DNA from: Microcoleus sp.
GTDB lineage: Bacteria; Cyanobacteriota; Cyanobacteriia; Cyanobacteriales; Microcoleaceae
Length of the DNA: 64,000 bases
Assembly (NCBI GenBank): GCA_052279835.1
Contig: CP181291.1
Span: 224,001-288,000 of the forward strand
Reading direction: 5' to 3'
A program made the translations under genes and the position numbers. Every line of letters begins with the position of its first letter. Position 1 is the first letter of the stretch. The notes beneath the pieces were generated by a model. It made no database searches, had not been told where the DNA came from, and was given only the letters and a program-made list of their open reading frames with translations. This document shows, piece after piece, positions 19,375 to 28,492 of this stretch.

Positions 19375-21390
19375 CTACCTATTTTTGCCAAACTTACTAT
19401 CCTGCAAAGAATTCCCAATCCCCTGAATCACTCCCCGCCCCACCAAGCCAATTCCCCGCCCAACTACCTCAGTCAAAACATAAACAACACCCACACCAAA
19501 CAGCGAAACAACTGCCCGAAGCCTAGGCGCGATCGCATCCCTCGTTTCCAGCACCAAAGTCAACGCCAACCGCCATCCAGAAAGCCGTGCTAACTCCACA
19601 TTTCTGGGAGCATAAATACAAACCCTATGAATTCCCGAATCCCTCAACACAAACAGCCAAAACCTACTCTCAAAAATGGCTTTCGGTTCCACAAAATAAC
19701 TTTCCCAACGATACTTCCAAGATAAATTATTCCGAAACCGCTCAATCTCTCGTGTCGAAATTAACTTCCCATCATAAAATTTTTGCTTAACTTCCTCAAT
19801 ATTCCCAAAATTGTTTAGCAGAGGCTGCACCACTCCACTAGCAACTTGAATTACCAAATTTTCCAACAAATACTCAGCCCGCTGCATTGCTTCTGGACTC
19901 CCAGCCAGACAAGAATTATTATCAAGAATCAAGGGATTTTCAAATAGCAAATGTGCAAAAAAATCAACGGTAAGCGGTATTTTGTCAATAATTTCTGCCC
20001 CAACTTCCTCCCGGTCAGAAAGTAGCACTGGGACAACTTCTACCCCATTTATTTTTCCTAAAAATTCCCCACTTTCAGCTAAACTATTGGAGACTTTTAA
20101 ATCTGTTTGAACTTCATCTAAAATCCCAGGTTCCCTGACTTGCAGAGTATAGTATCTGCCAAAAAAATCGATGATTGTATCTTGCCACAAATTCCGCAAA
20201 ATAGCAGGCATTTTTTCCGTCAATTGAGTTGGCTGCACCTGAGAAAAACGTAACTCTTCGAGCACTTCTTCCAATTGTCCCAGGATACAATTAATCAATT
20301 CCAGCTTTTTGGTCGATCGCAAAACATCAATTTCCAAAGGCACGCCACTCAAATTCACCACATCAAACTGCAACTTAGCAGCCACCGAGTCAAACAAACT
20401 ACCTTGCCAATTACCTCCCTCTGTCGAATCATTGACCAAAAAATCTGTATTCTTAACTACTAATTCCGAATTAATTAATAGATTATTCCCTCTTCCCCCT
20501 CCCCTCTGCTTACCCTGAGCCCCAGGGATTTCTTCCCTCTCCCTTCTTCTTGGTGTTGGCAATAACTGACTCACCACCCAGCGAGCAGCCAGCAATTCTC
20601 GGTGATGTCCGCTCAGCAACAAACTATCCAAAATCGAGCCAAAATCATCGTTCCCAGTAGTTTTTGTCTCTTGTAACTCAGCTTTTACTACTGCCAAAGT
20701 TGCGTCTATTTGCCGCAGCCCAGACAGGCAAATATCAGCCAATATTTTTTGGTGTATTGGCGTAGTAACTGTCGGAGCATCTACTATTTGTTCTACATCT
20801 GTGGCAGAGTTTTCTGTTGATTGAACTCCCCCTAAATTCAGTGGAATTTCCCAGCTCACTGCCACATCTTCTGGCCAATAACTTTCACCCGATGCCACCA
20901 AGCGAATCACTGCCATTGTCAGCGCAATATCTCTACCTTTAGGACAATAGCCATTGACACCTGCTTCCTGCAAAATTGCCCGCGACTCTGCCGTCAGTGG
21001 CCCACCGAGGAGCAACAGCGACAATTCGGGGTACAAACTTGCTAACTGGCGACAAAAGGCGATCGCCGACATTTCGCCCACTTCGCTCACTTCGCCCGAT
21101 CGCACCCGTGGCGTATCAAAATCAAATATTACCAAATCTGGTGGCTTCGCTTCTCCATTCGCGATCGATCGCCCTTCTAGAAGCAACAAAGCCTCTGCCG
21201 GCGTTGAAACCTCCGCAAAAATTTGCAAATCAGGATAATCCTGGCAAGCAATTCGCAATCCCAGGCGGAAAATGGGGTCATTACCGATCGACAACAATTG
21301 AAAATTAGTCATCAAACAGCAGAAGGTACGGGATAGGGGTACATGGGAAGAATGGGGGAGATAGGGAGAAAGGATTTGTGGAGCTATCAC
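19375..21390 (-). CDS. Receiver-like domain plus DUF3685 (Ycf55-like) protein; real start may be the ATG at 21312
   Basis: N-terminal DPIFRLGL..PDLVI..GYCPKG receiver-like fold; C-terminal STREIERFRN.LSW, P.AIFES, LETRDAIAPRL, GRGIGLVGRG. Confidence 0.85.
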   Translation of the reverse strand: MIAPQILSPYLPHSSHVPLSRTFCCLMTNFQLLSIGNDPIFRLGLRIACQDYPDLQIFAEVSTPAEALLLLEGRSIANGEAKPPDLVIFDFDTPRVRSGEVSEVGEMSAIAFCRQLASLYPELSLLLLGGPLTAESRAILQEAGVNGYCPKGRDIALTMAVIRLVASGESYWPEDVAVSWEIPLNLGGVQSTENSATDVEQIVDAPTVTTPIHQKILADICLSGLRQIDATLAVVKAELQETKTTGNDDFGSILDSLLLSGHHRELLAARWVVSQLLPTPRRREREEIPGAQGKQRGGGRGNNLLINSELVVKNTDFLVNDSTEGGNWQGSLFDSVAAKLQFDVVNLSGVPLEIDVLRSTKKLELINCILGQLEEVLEELRFSQVQPTQLTEKMPAILRNLWQDTIIDFFGRYYTLQVREPGILDEVQTDLKVSNSLAESGEFLGKINGVEVVPVLLSDREEVGAEIIDKIPLTVDFFAHLLFENPLILDNNSCLAGSPEAMQRAEYLLENLVIQVASGVVQPLLNNFGNIEEVKQKFYDGKLISTREIERFRNNLSWKYRWESYFVEPKAIFESRFWLFVLRDSGIHRVCIYAPRNVELARLSGWRLALTLVLETRDAIAPRLRAVVSLFGVGVVYVLTEVVGRGIGLVGRGVIQGIGNSLQDSKFGKNR

Positions 21391-21430
21391 CCCTAGAGCA
21401 ATGGCCGATCGCGATCGACCTTCAGCCCCA

Positions 21431-23653
21431 TTACTCTGGAATTAAATTACCGTCTGGAGGACCAGCCGACTCCGGGATCGGAGGTGGAGGCGCGGGTTCG
21501 GGAGCCGGAGGAGGAGCAGCAGGTTCAGGAGCTGGTGCTGGAGCCTCCTGTCGCGCTGGCGGATAGTAAGGCTCTGCTTGTCGTGCTGGCGGATAGTAAG
21601 GCTCCGCTTGTCGCGCTGGCGGATAGTAAGGCTCTGCTTGTCGTGCTGGCGGATAGTAAGGCTCAGGCTCCTGCTGCGGTGCTTGCTGCCGAGCCGGTGG
21701 GTAATCAGGTTCGGGAGCCGGAGCAGGCTCTGGAGGTGGGGCATATTCCTCCCGCACAGGAGGTGGAGCGTATTCCTGCTGTCGCGGAGCCGGCGCATAC
21801 TCTTCCACAGAAGCTGGCTCAGCTTGGCGAGGACGTTCCGCTGGTACTGGTGCGCTTCTGGCACTGAGTTCGGCACTCCAGCGCCCGATCGCGCTAGCAG
21901 CCTCCGAATGCAGAGCTCTACCGTAACTGACCTGGGATGCCATATCGATCGCCGCTCCCAACCTGCCTTGAGACGCCAACTCAGCAGCTCGATCCAGAAT
22001 TGGTCGATCTTGAGCCACTTGCAAGTCGCTGACCCATTGATAGACATTATCCTGAGCTTTAGCATATAAAGTTCTACCGCTCTTGATTTGGGAAGCCTTA
22101 TCAATAGCCTCGCTTAGCTTTCCTTGCTTTGCCAGAGCCAGCGCCCCGTCCAAAAACGGCTGATCTTCCACAATTTCTATGCGTTTAGTCCAGCTCGCCA
22201 GGAGAGTTTGGGCTTCTAGCCTGCGGGGGCGGTTTTGAGCGATCAGAGTTACCTGAGCGATCGCACCCTTTAGTCCTTCAACAGTTCCCGGTGCAGCCAA
22301 CTGCTTGGCCAGCATCACAAAAGATTTGTCCTCTATCCGCTGAATGTCTTTGCGCCACGCAGCCACCAAAGTTTGAGCGTGCACTCGTCGCGGCTGACTC
22401 GGCCCGATGGTTTGCGCTTGGTCGATCGCGATTTCCAAGGCTCCAGGTAGACCAATACTGGCGATCGAATTCGCCATTTGCAGCCGCACCAAATCTTGAA
22501 ACTGCACTTGCAAACTCTCTATTTGACCTTGAGCCTTCTGGTATAGAGGACGGCCTGGAGCAATCTTACTAGCAGCGCCTTGACCTTCTAGCAAGCTAAA
22601 AATATGTTCTCCTAGAGGTGTGGTAATCGACTGATTCCAAGTCACCGCCACAGCCCTACCAAACTGCATCAAATCTTGGGCTTCGGCAAACAGAGGTGAA
22701 TCCGGTGGCACCACAGAAGCCGCCTCGATCGTCCCGTTCAAATCCTTCGCCTGCAAGCGTTTATTCGCCATTGCCAGCAAAATCTTACTCCACCCTGCAA
22801 TTTCCTCCTCTGCTTTGGCGCGCGCAAACAGTTTCGAGTCTATTTTTCTAGCCAAGACGATCGCCTCTGCAAACTTTTGCGGAGTTTCATCCTTCGCCAA
22901 CTCCTTCGCCTCGGACAAGCGCTGCCAGCCGTTTCTTTCCACAGCTATCTGCTGGACTAACTCGTTGTAGCGTTTCTGACTCCAGAAAATATTGTCCAGT
23001 TTAAACAGAGCTTGAGCGTAATCCCAGGCTTTTCTTAAATCGTCAACTTTCAAAGCCGCTTGAGCAGTATCGTAGAGCTTTTGACCTTCCTGCCAATTTT
23101 TTTCCCAAGCGGTAACAGCCTCCTGTACCTCCGGGTAAGACGGACTCGTTTTGGGAATTTTTGCCACAATGTCCATTGCACCTTTCAAGTCCCCCGCCTC
23201 GATTCTGGCTTTGGCAAATCCCAAAATTGCTTTCGACCATTCTCCTACCAAATGTTGGCCCTGGGAGTAGAGTGGGTGTTCTTTGGGCCAAGCCTGCACC
23301 AGGACGATCGCGGATTCTAGCTGTTCTAGTTTCCCAGACTTAGCCGCTTGCTGAGCGCAATAAAGCCGCTCTCCGTCGGCTGCTAGTGGCGAAAGTTGCT
23401 GGCAATTGGGAGGCGGTGGCATCGTCAGCAACCACAGAAATGCTGCTACACCCGTTACTCCAAAGCCCACCAGGACTGTCAGCCAGATGAGCTGCCACTG
23501 CCAAAAACTTCTTTTAGTTTCGACTATCGGTGGCGCTATCGCTTCTGAGCCATCATCCCCTGTAACCGAGTCTGCACTTAATTTTGCTGTCGGTTCCGAG
23601 GGGTGGTTGTATGTCACTGGTCTTGAGAATTTGTCAGATTGTCGTCTCGCCAT
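21431..23653 (-). CDS. Membrane-anchored helical-repeat protein with Pro-rich C-terminal tail (conserved cyanobacterial hypothetical)
   Basis: Single TM followed by PPPPNC..ERLYCA; repeated AI..A..I...RPLY..AQ..I..W helical units; Pro/Tyr-rich tail. Confidence 0.8.
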   Translation of the reverse strand: MARRQSDKFSRPVTYNHPSEPTAKLSADSVTGDDGSEAIAPPIVETKRSFWQWQLIWLTVLVGFGVTGVAAFLWLLTMPPPPNCQQLSPLAADGERLYCAQQAAKSGKLEQLESAIVLVQAWPKEHPLYSQGQHLVGEWSKAILGFAKARIEAGDLKGAMDIVAKIPKTSPSYPEVQEAVTAWEKNWQEGQKLYDTAQAALKVDDLRKAWDYAQALFKLDNIFWSQKRYNELVQQIAVERNGWQRLSEAKELAKDETPQKFAEAIVLARKIDSKLFARAKAEEEIAGWSKILLAMANKRLQAKDLNGTIEAASVVPPDSPLFAEAQDLMQFGRAVAVTWNQSITTPLGEHIFSLLEGQGAASKIAPGRPLYQKAQGQIESLQVQFQDLVRLQMANSIASIGLPGALEIAIDQAQTIGPSQPRRVHAQTLVAAWRKDIQRIEDKSFVMLAKQLAAPGTVEGLKGAIAQVTLIAQNRPRRLEAQTLLASWTKRIEIVEDQPFLDGALALAKQGKLSEAIDKASQIKSGRTLYAKAQDNVYQWVSDLQVAQDRPILDRAAELASQGRLGAAIDMASQVSYGRALHSEAASAIGRWSAELSARSAPVPAERPRQAEPASVEEYAPAPRQQEYAPPPVREEYAPPPEPAPAPEPDYPPARQQAPQQEPEPYYPPARQAEPYYPPARQAEPYYPPARQAEPYYPPARQEAPAPAPEPAAPPPAPEPAPPPPIPESAGPPDGNLIPE
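21551..21664. repeat. 30-bp coding tandem repeat x4 (EPYYPPARQ[A])
   Basis: TCG[C/T]GCTGGCGGATAGTAAGGCTC[T/C]GCTTG units. Confidence 0.95.
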
Positions 23654-23925
23654 TACTTCAGCCTATCCTGTAATGCGCTTGTGCATTTGGTAGTAATCAA
23701 ACGCAGGTAAATTATACAGTAATTGACCTACTGCTATGCAGTTAGGACAGGGGGGATAATAATTCATGCTGCACAGATGCTCGATCGCGTTGGCAATTTT
23801 CAACTCCTCAACTTTCGAGATTTGCACTCAACACCGTTTATAAAAACCTACTCAAATCTACTCATCAGTAAATAAGAACTAGATAAAAGTCTGCGGTGTA
23901 ACTTTTGGTCGATAACCCAATTTTT

Positions 23926-24378
23926 TTACGATCCGTTGGGGAGTGAGCCTTCTGCCGTTGATTCCGGCGATCGATAGCCGTAGAAGTCTATCCGGTAATC
24001 TACGATCCGAACTCCCGTTTGTTGTTCAATTTGTGCGATCAAGTCTGGGGGCAATTCCACATGAATGTCGAGAATCTGAGACGTATCTAGACAATTGACG
24101 TGAGAGTGAGAATCGCTGACATTGCCGTACAAGCGTCCTTCCGATCGCTCTATGCACTCAATAATCCCTTCTCTAGATAGGGCTTCGAGGTTTTGATACA
24201 CCGATGTGTGACCGATCGAATGTGCTTGTTGATTTAGGCGATCGTATATTTCACGCGCTGAGAGGTGTTCTTGCGCCTCCCACAGGAGTTCGAGAATAAA
24301 TCGACGCTGGCGGCTCAAGCGCATTCCCATCGCCTGACAGCGATTTAAAGCATCTTCTAATGAACGAATTGGTTTCAC
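23926..24378 (-). CDS. Fur-family transcriptional regulator
   Basis: GMRLSRQR..IL, HLSAREIYD.L, SVYQNLEAL, HSHVNC. Confidence 0.88.
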   Translation of the reverse strand: MKPIRSLEDALNRCQAMGMRLSRQRRFILELLWEAQEHLSAREIYDRLNQQAHSIGHTSVYQNLEALSREGIIECIERSEGRLYGNVSDSHSHVNCLDTSQILDIHVELPPDLIAQIEQQTGVRIVDYRIDFYGYRSPESTAEGSLPNGS

Positions 24379-24633
24379 AGCTACCGCCTTCTAAAGCCTG
24401 CTCGATTTTTAACTCTCGTACAACGTTGCACGCGGACCCTAATTTCCTTAATTCTAACGCAGGGTGGCCCAAAGGTATAGCAGAAGGAGAAAGGAAGATG
24501 GAAGATGGAAGATGGAAGAAGGAAAATGCCACAAAATCCATGATTTCTGCAATTAAGAAATTCCTAACAGAGAAATTGGCCCTTAAAAAAGCCTTCAAAC
24601 CTAACATCCTTCCACCTTCTAGCATCCCAAGTC

Positions 24634-25590
24634 CTAGGGAGAAGATTTGATAGCGTGAATCAGTAACTTAGCTATTTCCGAGAGTTGCTTTTTGTTAAAA
24701 GTTTTGAGCAAAAGCTTGACTACCGCCTTCGGTTCCGCAGGAAGTGCTATGGACTCAGACGCTGGGGCTGTTGCTGGAACGCTGGCCGCTACTTGTGGGG
24801 ATGCTGCCAAAAGCAGTAAATTTTTACTCGGAGCGATCGCCTTGACTTTCCCCCCTTGCACCAAATCGCCAGCATCCTTAAGCTCCTTAATAATCAGTGG
24901 AGCTAACACCTTATAAGAGTTTTTCGGATTGGCGATCGCCACCCTAGCGGTTTTGACTAAACTTTGCCAACTTTCGATACCGGTTCCCAACTTATACAGA
25001 CGAACACACAAATCAGACAACTGCTGGCGAGTAGCAGCCGACTCTTTCGCCTTGAACACCTGCAACATTTCTTTGAGTAACACCATTACCGAAGCTGTAA
25101 AATTTGTCGTCGAGACTGTGGGAGCAGCCCCAGACGAACCAGACTTAGCCGCCACCCCAGCAACTTTGCCAGAAACTAAATTATTGAGGTGAGTTTCCAG
25201 TTGAGCAAAGGCCGGCATGATTTGCTGGACCAGTTTCTCTCCCTCTTCATTCCTCAACCCAAAAGGCCCCGACATCCGCTGCACCAAATCCTTAAGCGTA
25301 TCAACTCCTTTGAGAAACAAAGATTCTGCTGTTTGGTCAACCTGTTTAACGGGCCCGTCCTTGAGAATCTTAAAACAATCTTCCAATCTGTGAGCGGTTG
25401 TTTTAATACTATCCAAGCCCAGCATCGCCGCCCCACCTTTGACTGAGTGGGCGGCTCGAAACATCTCTTGAAGGCTTTCGGGGTCTTTCATCGTGGACTT
25501 TAAATCCACCAAACCATTTTCTAGAGTATCGAGGTGCTCCTTAGCCTCCTCTATAAATAAACGTAAAATTCGGTCTTGCTGGTCTGACAC
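24634..25590 (-). CDS. Stand-alone CheA-like Hpt-domain protein
   Basis: FIEEAKEHL..MFRAAHSVKGGAAMLG..AHRLED; no kinase or CheW domain. Confidence 0.85.
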   Translation of the reverse strand: MSDQQDRILRLFIEEAKEHLDTLENGLVDLKSTMKDPESLQEMFRAAHSVKGGAAMLGLDSIKTTAHRLEDCFKILKDGPVKQVDQTAESLFLKGVDTLKDLVQRMSGPFGLRNEEGEKLVQQIMPAFAQLETHLNNLVSGKVAGVAAKSGSSGAAPTVSTTNFTASVMVLLKEMLQVFKAKESAATRQQLSDLCVRLYKLGTGIESWQSLVKTARVAIANPKNSYKVLAPLIIKELKDAGDLVQGGKVKAIAPSKNLLLLAASPQVAASVPATAPASESIALPAEPKAVVKLLLKTFNKKQLSEIAKLLIHAIKSSP

Positions 25591-25745
25591 AACAGTCCTC
25601 CTAACAATCTCAGCACCCTCCAGAAAGCACTCCTAACCAGGAAAGTAACGCGACTCATACCAAGAGTCGGAATCTCCTATGCAAGATATTCTAGCCTCAA
25701 CAGCTAGCACAGTCACCAAAAAACGGGGTCTGAAGCCCCGTCGTT

Positions 25746-25886
25746 CTACGACGGCTTTTTCTTCTCTTTCAATGTCCTAATTAATTCTCTAAGTACATCG
25801 GTCTTGGTTCTACCCACGTCCTTGCAGTATTGCTCAAGAATCTCAAACTCAAATCCCTCGATCCGAAAATCTAAACGTTTCTTCAT
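25746..25886 (-). CDS. Ribbon-helix-helix/CopG-like protein, 46 aa, divergent from tnpB (not in ORF track)
   Basis: Hand translation MKKRLDFRIEGFEFEILEQYCKDVGRTKTDVLRELIRTLKEKKKPS: beta-strand RLDFRI, helix, then RTKTDVLRELIR helix. Confidence 0.75.
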   Translation of the reverse strand: MKKRLDFRIEGFEFEILEQYCKDVGRTKTDVLRELIRTLKEKKKPS

Positions 25887-25931
25887 GATTTATCCGGCTT
25901 TTTGCTGTACTATATTATAGGAGGATGAGTC

Positions 25932-27182
25932 ATGTTTGGTTGCCAACAAAATCTAATTCGAGCTGGTTCAGATACTCAAGCCATTCTTGAGTATCTGTGT
26001 TCTGAAGCTACAAAGCTTTCTAACTGCGGAACCTACTATGCTCGTCAGATATTTTTCAAGACTGGTAAAATCCCAAATCGAGCTCAATTGCACAAAGTTT
26101 TGGGAACCGAGAATAGGAACTTGCACTATCAAGCGTTTTATTCTGATACCGCCCAGCAAATTTTAACTGGTGTCGCCGAGTCTTTCAAATCCTTTCTAGG
26201 ATTACTGAAAGCGTTTAAAAATGGGACAATTACAGACCGCCCTAAACTACCAAAATATCGTCAAGGTGGAATGGCGCTTGTGACGTTCACTGGTAGGTCG
26301 GTAAAACTCAAGGATGGAATGTTGAGATTTCCGTTGGGTAGCAAAGTTAAAGCGTGGTTCGGGCTAGATGCGTTTTTTCTGCCGATGCCATCAAATCTTG
26401 ATTTTCAGGCAATTCGAGAGTATCGAATTCTTCCCCGCAATGGCTGCTTTTACCTGGAATTCGTCTATAAAACGACTGACATCCAGGCTCTTGTAGACCC
26501 CGCCAAGTGCTTAATGATTGACCACGGCGTAGACAACTGGCTGACTTGCGTAAGCAATGCGGGCACAAGTTTTATCATTGACGGTAAGCATTTAAAATCG
26601 CTCAACCAGGGGTATAACAAGCGGGTTGCATTTTTGATGGAAGGCAAATCTAACGGATTCTGGTCTAAAAGACTTGCCAATTTGACCGAAAGACGTAACC
26701 GCCAGATGCGAGATGCCGTCAACAAAGCTGCAAGGAAGGTAATTGACCACTGTTTGAAAAATTGCATAGGAACGGTTGTATTTGGTTGGAATAAGGGACA
26801 AAAAAATTCTGCCAACATGGGTAGCAAAACTCATCAAAAGTTTGTACAAATCCCTACTGGCAGACTGAAGGATAGAATTACTCAACTTTGTGAGCAGTAT
26901 GGATTAAAGTTTGTAGAAACCGAAGAATCTTATTCTTCTAAGGCTTCGTTTGTTGATCATGATTTGCTACCTACGTTCGGCGAAAAACCTGAAGGGTGGC
27001 TTCCCAGTGGCAAACGAATTAAGCGTGGTTTGTATCGAACGGCTCAAGGTTGGTTAATTAATGCAGATTGTAACGGCTGTGGAAATATTGGTAGAAAAGT
27101 AGCGGTGATGCTTGGACTCGATCTAAGTGGAATCGGTAGAGGCCAATTGTCAGCGCCTTTGAGACTCAAATTGTGGTCTTAA
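25932..27182 (+). CDS. tnpB: RNA-guided endonuclease TnpB (clade with GWN / EESY.SK, no Cys4 finger)
   Basis: RuvC-I IDHGVDN, VVFGWNKGQK, QKFVQIP, TEESYSSKAS, RGLY, RuvC-III NADCNG..NI. Confidence 0.9.
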   Translation: MFGCQQNLIRAGSDTQAILEYLCSEATKLSNCGTYYARQIFFKTGKIPNRAQLHKVLGTENRNLHYQAFYSDTAQQILTGVAESFKSFLGLLKAFKNGTITDRPKLPKYRQGGMALVTFTGRSVKLKDGMLRFPLGSKVKAWFGLDAFFLPMPSNLDFQAIREYRILPRNGCFYLEFVYKTTDIQALVDPAKCLMIDHGVDNWLTCVSNAGTSFIIDGKHLKSLNQGYNKRVAFLMEGKSNGFWSKRLANLTERRNRQMRDAVNKAARKVIDHCLKNCIGTVVFGWNKGQKNSANMGSKTHQKFVQIPTGRLKDRITQLCEQYGLKFVETEESYSSKASFVDHDLLPTFGEKPEGWLPSGKRIKRGLYRTAQGWLINADCNGCGNIGRKVAVMLGLDLSGIGRGQLSAPLRLKLWS

Positions 27183-27277
27183 GAATCCCTGTTGCTTCAG
27201 CACAGGGAGTGTCAAAATACTGGTTTGCTCCGAAGGTTAGATTCCATCGAACTGGTGCAGTGGGCGGAAGATTAATT

Positions 27278-27532
27278 CTACAGTTCTGAGGGAGTATCGG
27301 GAGCCACCTCTATGCCCATTCCTGATTGCATCATCTGCTGATCCGTAATCAAGTCGCTCAATTCCTGGAATTGGACGCCAATGTTTTGGCAAGCTAGCTT
27401 AAGTTGGCGATCGAATGTATGAATGTCACTACCATAGCCGCAAAGTTGCGCTGCTGTGGCAATACCCTGTGGGGCGTTGGCTTTGGCGCAGTCGATTAAC
27501 TCAATGCCTGTGAGGGGTTGGGATGATGCCAT
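27278..27532 (-). CDS. Conserved cyanobacterial hypothetical protein (84 aa from the ATG at 27532)
   Basis: MASSQPLTGIELIDCAKANA..G...AA.LCGYG.D; the longer start at 27601 is less likely. Confidence 0.65.
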   Translation of the reverse strand: MASSQPLTGIELIDCAKANAPQGIATAAQLCGYGSDIHTFDRQLKLACQNIGVQFQELSDLITDQQMMQSGMGIEVAPDTPSEL

Positions 27533-27703
27533 AGTGTCACACCGCAGATTCAGATTTTGTCTTACTGTATCCAAAATGTTGAGGGCGATCGATCTATCCA
27601 AAGGCAGGAGAAATCTAGCACCACCAAAGTCCAGTTAATTTTTGGGCAAAAACTGCCAAAATAGCAGTAATCATGTGGATTCCTTGACATCTACCTCCCT
27701 AAC

Positions 27704-28405
27704 TTGGTATCAGTTATGGTGAAAAACCAGTCCCTATCTAAAATTCAGTGGCTCTGGACAGTCCGGCATCGCCTCTTAGTCTCTGTTTTGTTGGCTATAG
27801 CTGTGGGGTTTCTACTACCACCAGACTATCTCAAGCTGACGAGAGCTCTGTGTATTTGGGACACCGGCCTAGTCAGCTTCCTGGGTTTGACTTTGGTGCT
27901 CATGGTGCAAGCCACCCCAGAAATGATGCGCCACCACGCACAACAACTCGATGCCGGCCGCGCGGTGATCCTCAGCTTGATCTTGGCAGCGGCTTGTGCT
28001 AGCGTCCTCGCCCTAGTTTTCCTGCTGCACGATACCAAAGGCCTGGACTCCAAGTTGCTAGTTCTGCACTTGGGGCTTTCGGTTTTGACCATAGTTGGGT
28101 CTTGGCTGCTGGTGCATACTATCTTTACCATGCACTATGCCCGCAGCTACTACCAAAACCCCAGAAAGTCGAATCACAACAAACCTGAACCAGTCAAGGG
28201 TTTGGATTTTCCGGGGGACGAAGCACCTGACTACAAGGATTTTCTCTATTTTTCCTTTGGGGTGGGCATGACTTGCCAAGTTGCAGATGTGCAAACGACT
28301 TCTCGCTCTATGAGGTCTTTGGTTTTGTTGCATAGCGTGCTTTCTTTCTTTTTTAACACTGCCATTCTGGCGATGAGCGTTAATATTATTGCTGGATTGA
28401 GTTGA
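27704..28405 (+). CDS. DUF1345-family membrane protein
   Basis: SWLLVHTIF..HYA..YY, GLDFPG..PDY.DFLYFSF..GMT.QVADV, HSVLSFFFNTAILA. Confidence 0.9.
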   Translation: MVSVMVKNQSLSKIQWLWTVRHRLLVSVLLAIAVGFLLPPDYLKLTRALCIWDTGLVSFLGLTLVLMVQATPEMMRHHAQQLDAGRAVILSLILAAACASVLALVFLLHDTKGLDSKLLVLHLGLSVLTIVGSWLLVHTIFTMHYARSYYQNPRKSNHNKPEPVKGLDFPGDEAPDYKDFLYFSFGVGMTCQVADVQTTSRSMRSLVLLHSVLSFFFNTAILAMSVNIIAGLS

Positions 28406-28492
28406 AAAAAAATCACACAATCTAGATACTTGTCAATAGATAAGTGAGAATTTTTACATTCTGTTACGCGATCGCTCTAATTTTATCAACTC

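Larger units (their letters stand above)
25717..27215 (+). mobile_element. Non-autonomous IS200/IS605-family element 1 (RHH gene + tnpB, no tnpA)
   Basis: Left end TCAC|CAAAAAACGGGGTCTGAAGCCCCGTCGTTCTACGACGGC; right end GAATCCCTG..CAGGGAGTGTCAA. Confidence 0.88.

Noticed and set aside
21551..21664. Possible CRISPR array (30-bp repeats)
   Set aside because: Repeats are contiguous with no spacers, in frame within a gene, and no cas genes are present
21442..22104. Alternative-frame and antisense ORFs over the Pro-rich tail
   Set aside because: By-products of the GC-rich 30-bp repeat
24251..24650. ORFs of 124 aa (-) and 96 aa (+) between fur and the Hpt gene
   Set aside because: They overlap real genes and include GGAAGAT heptamer repeats; no recognisable motifs
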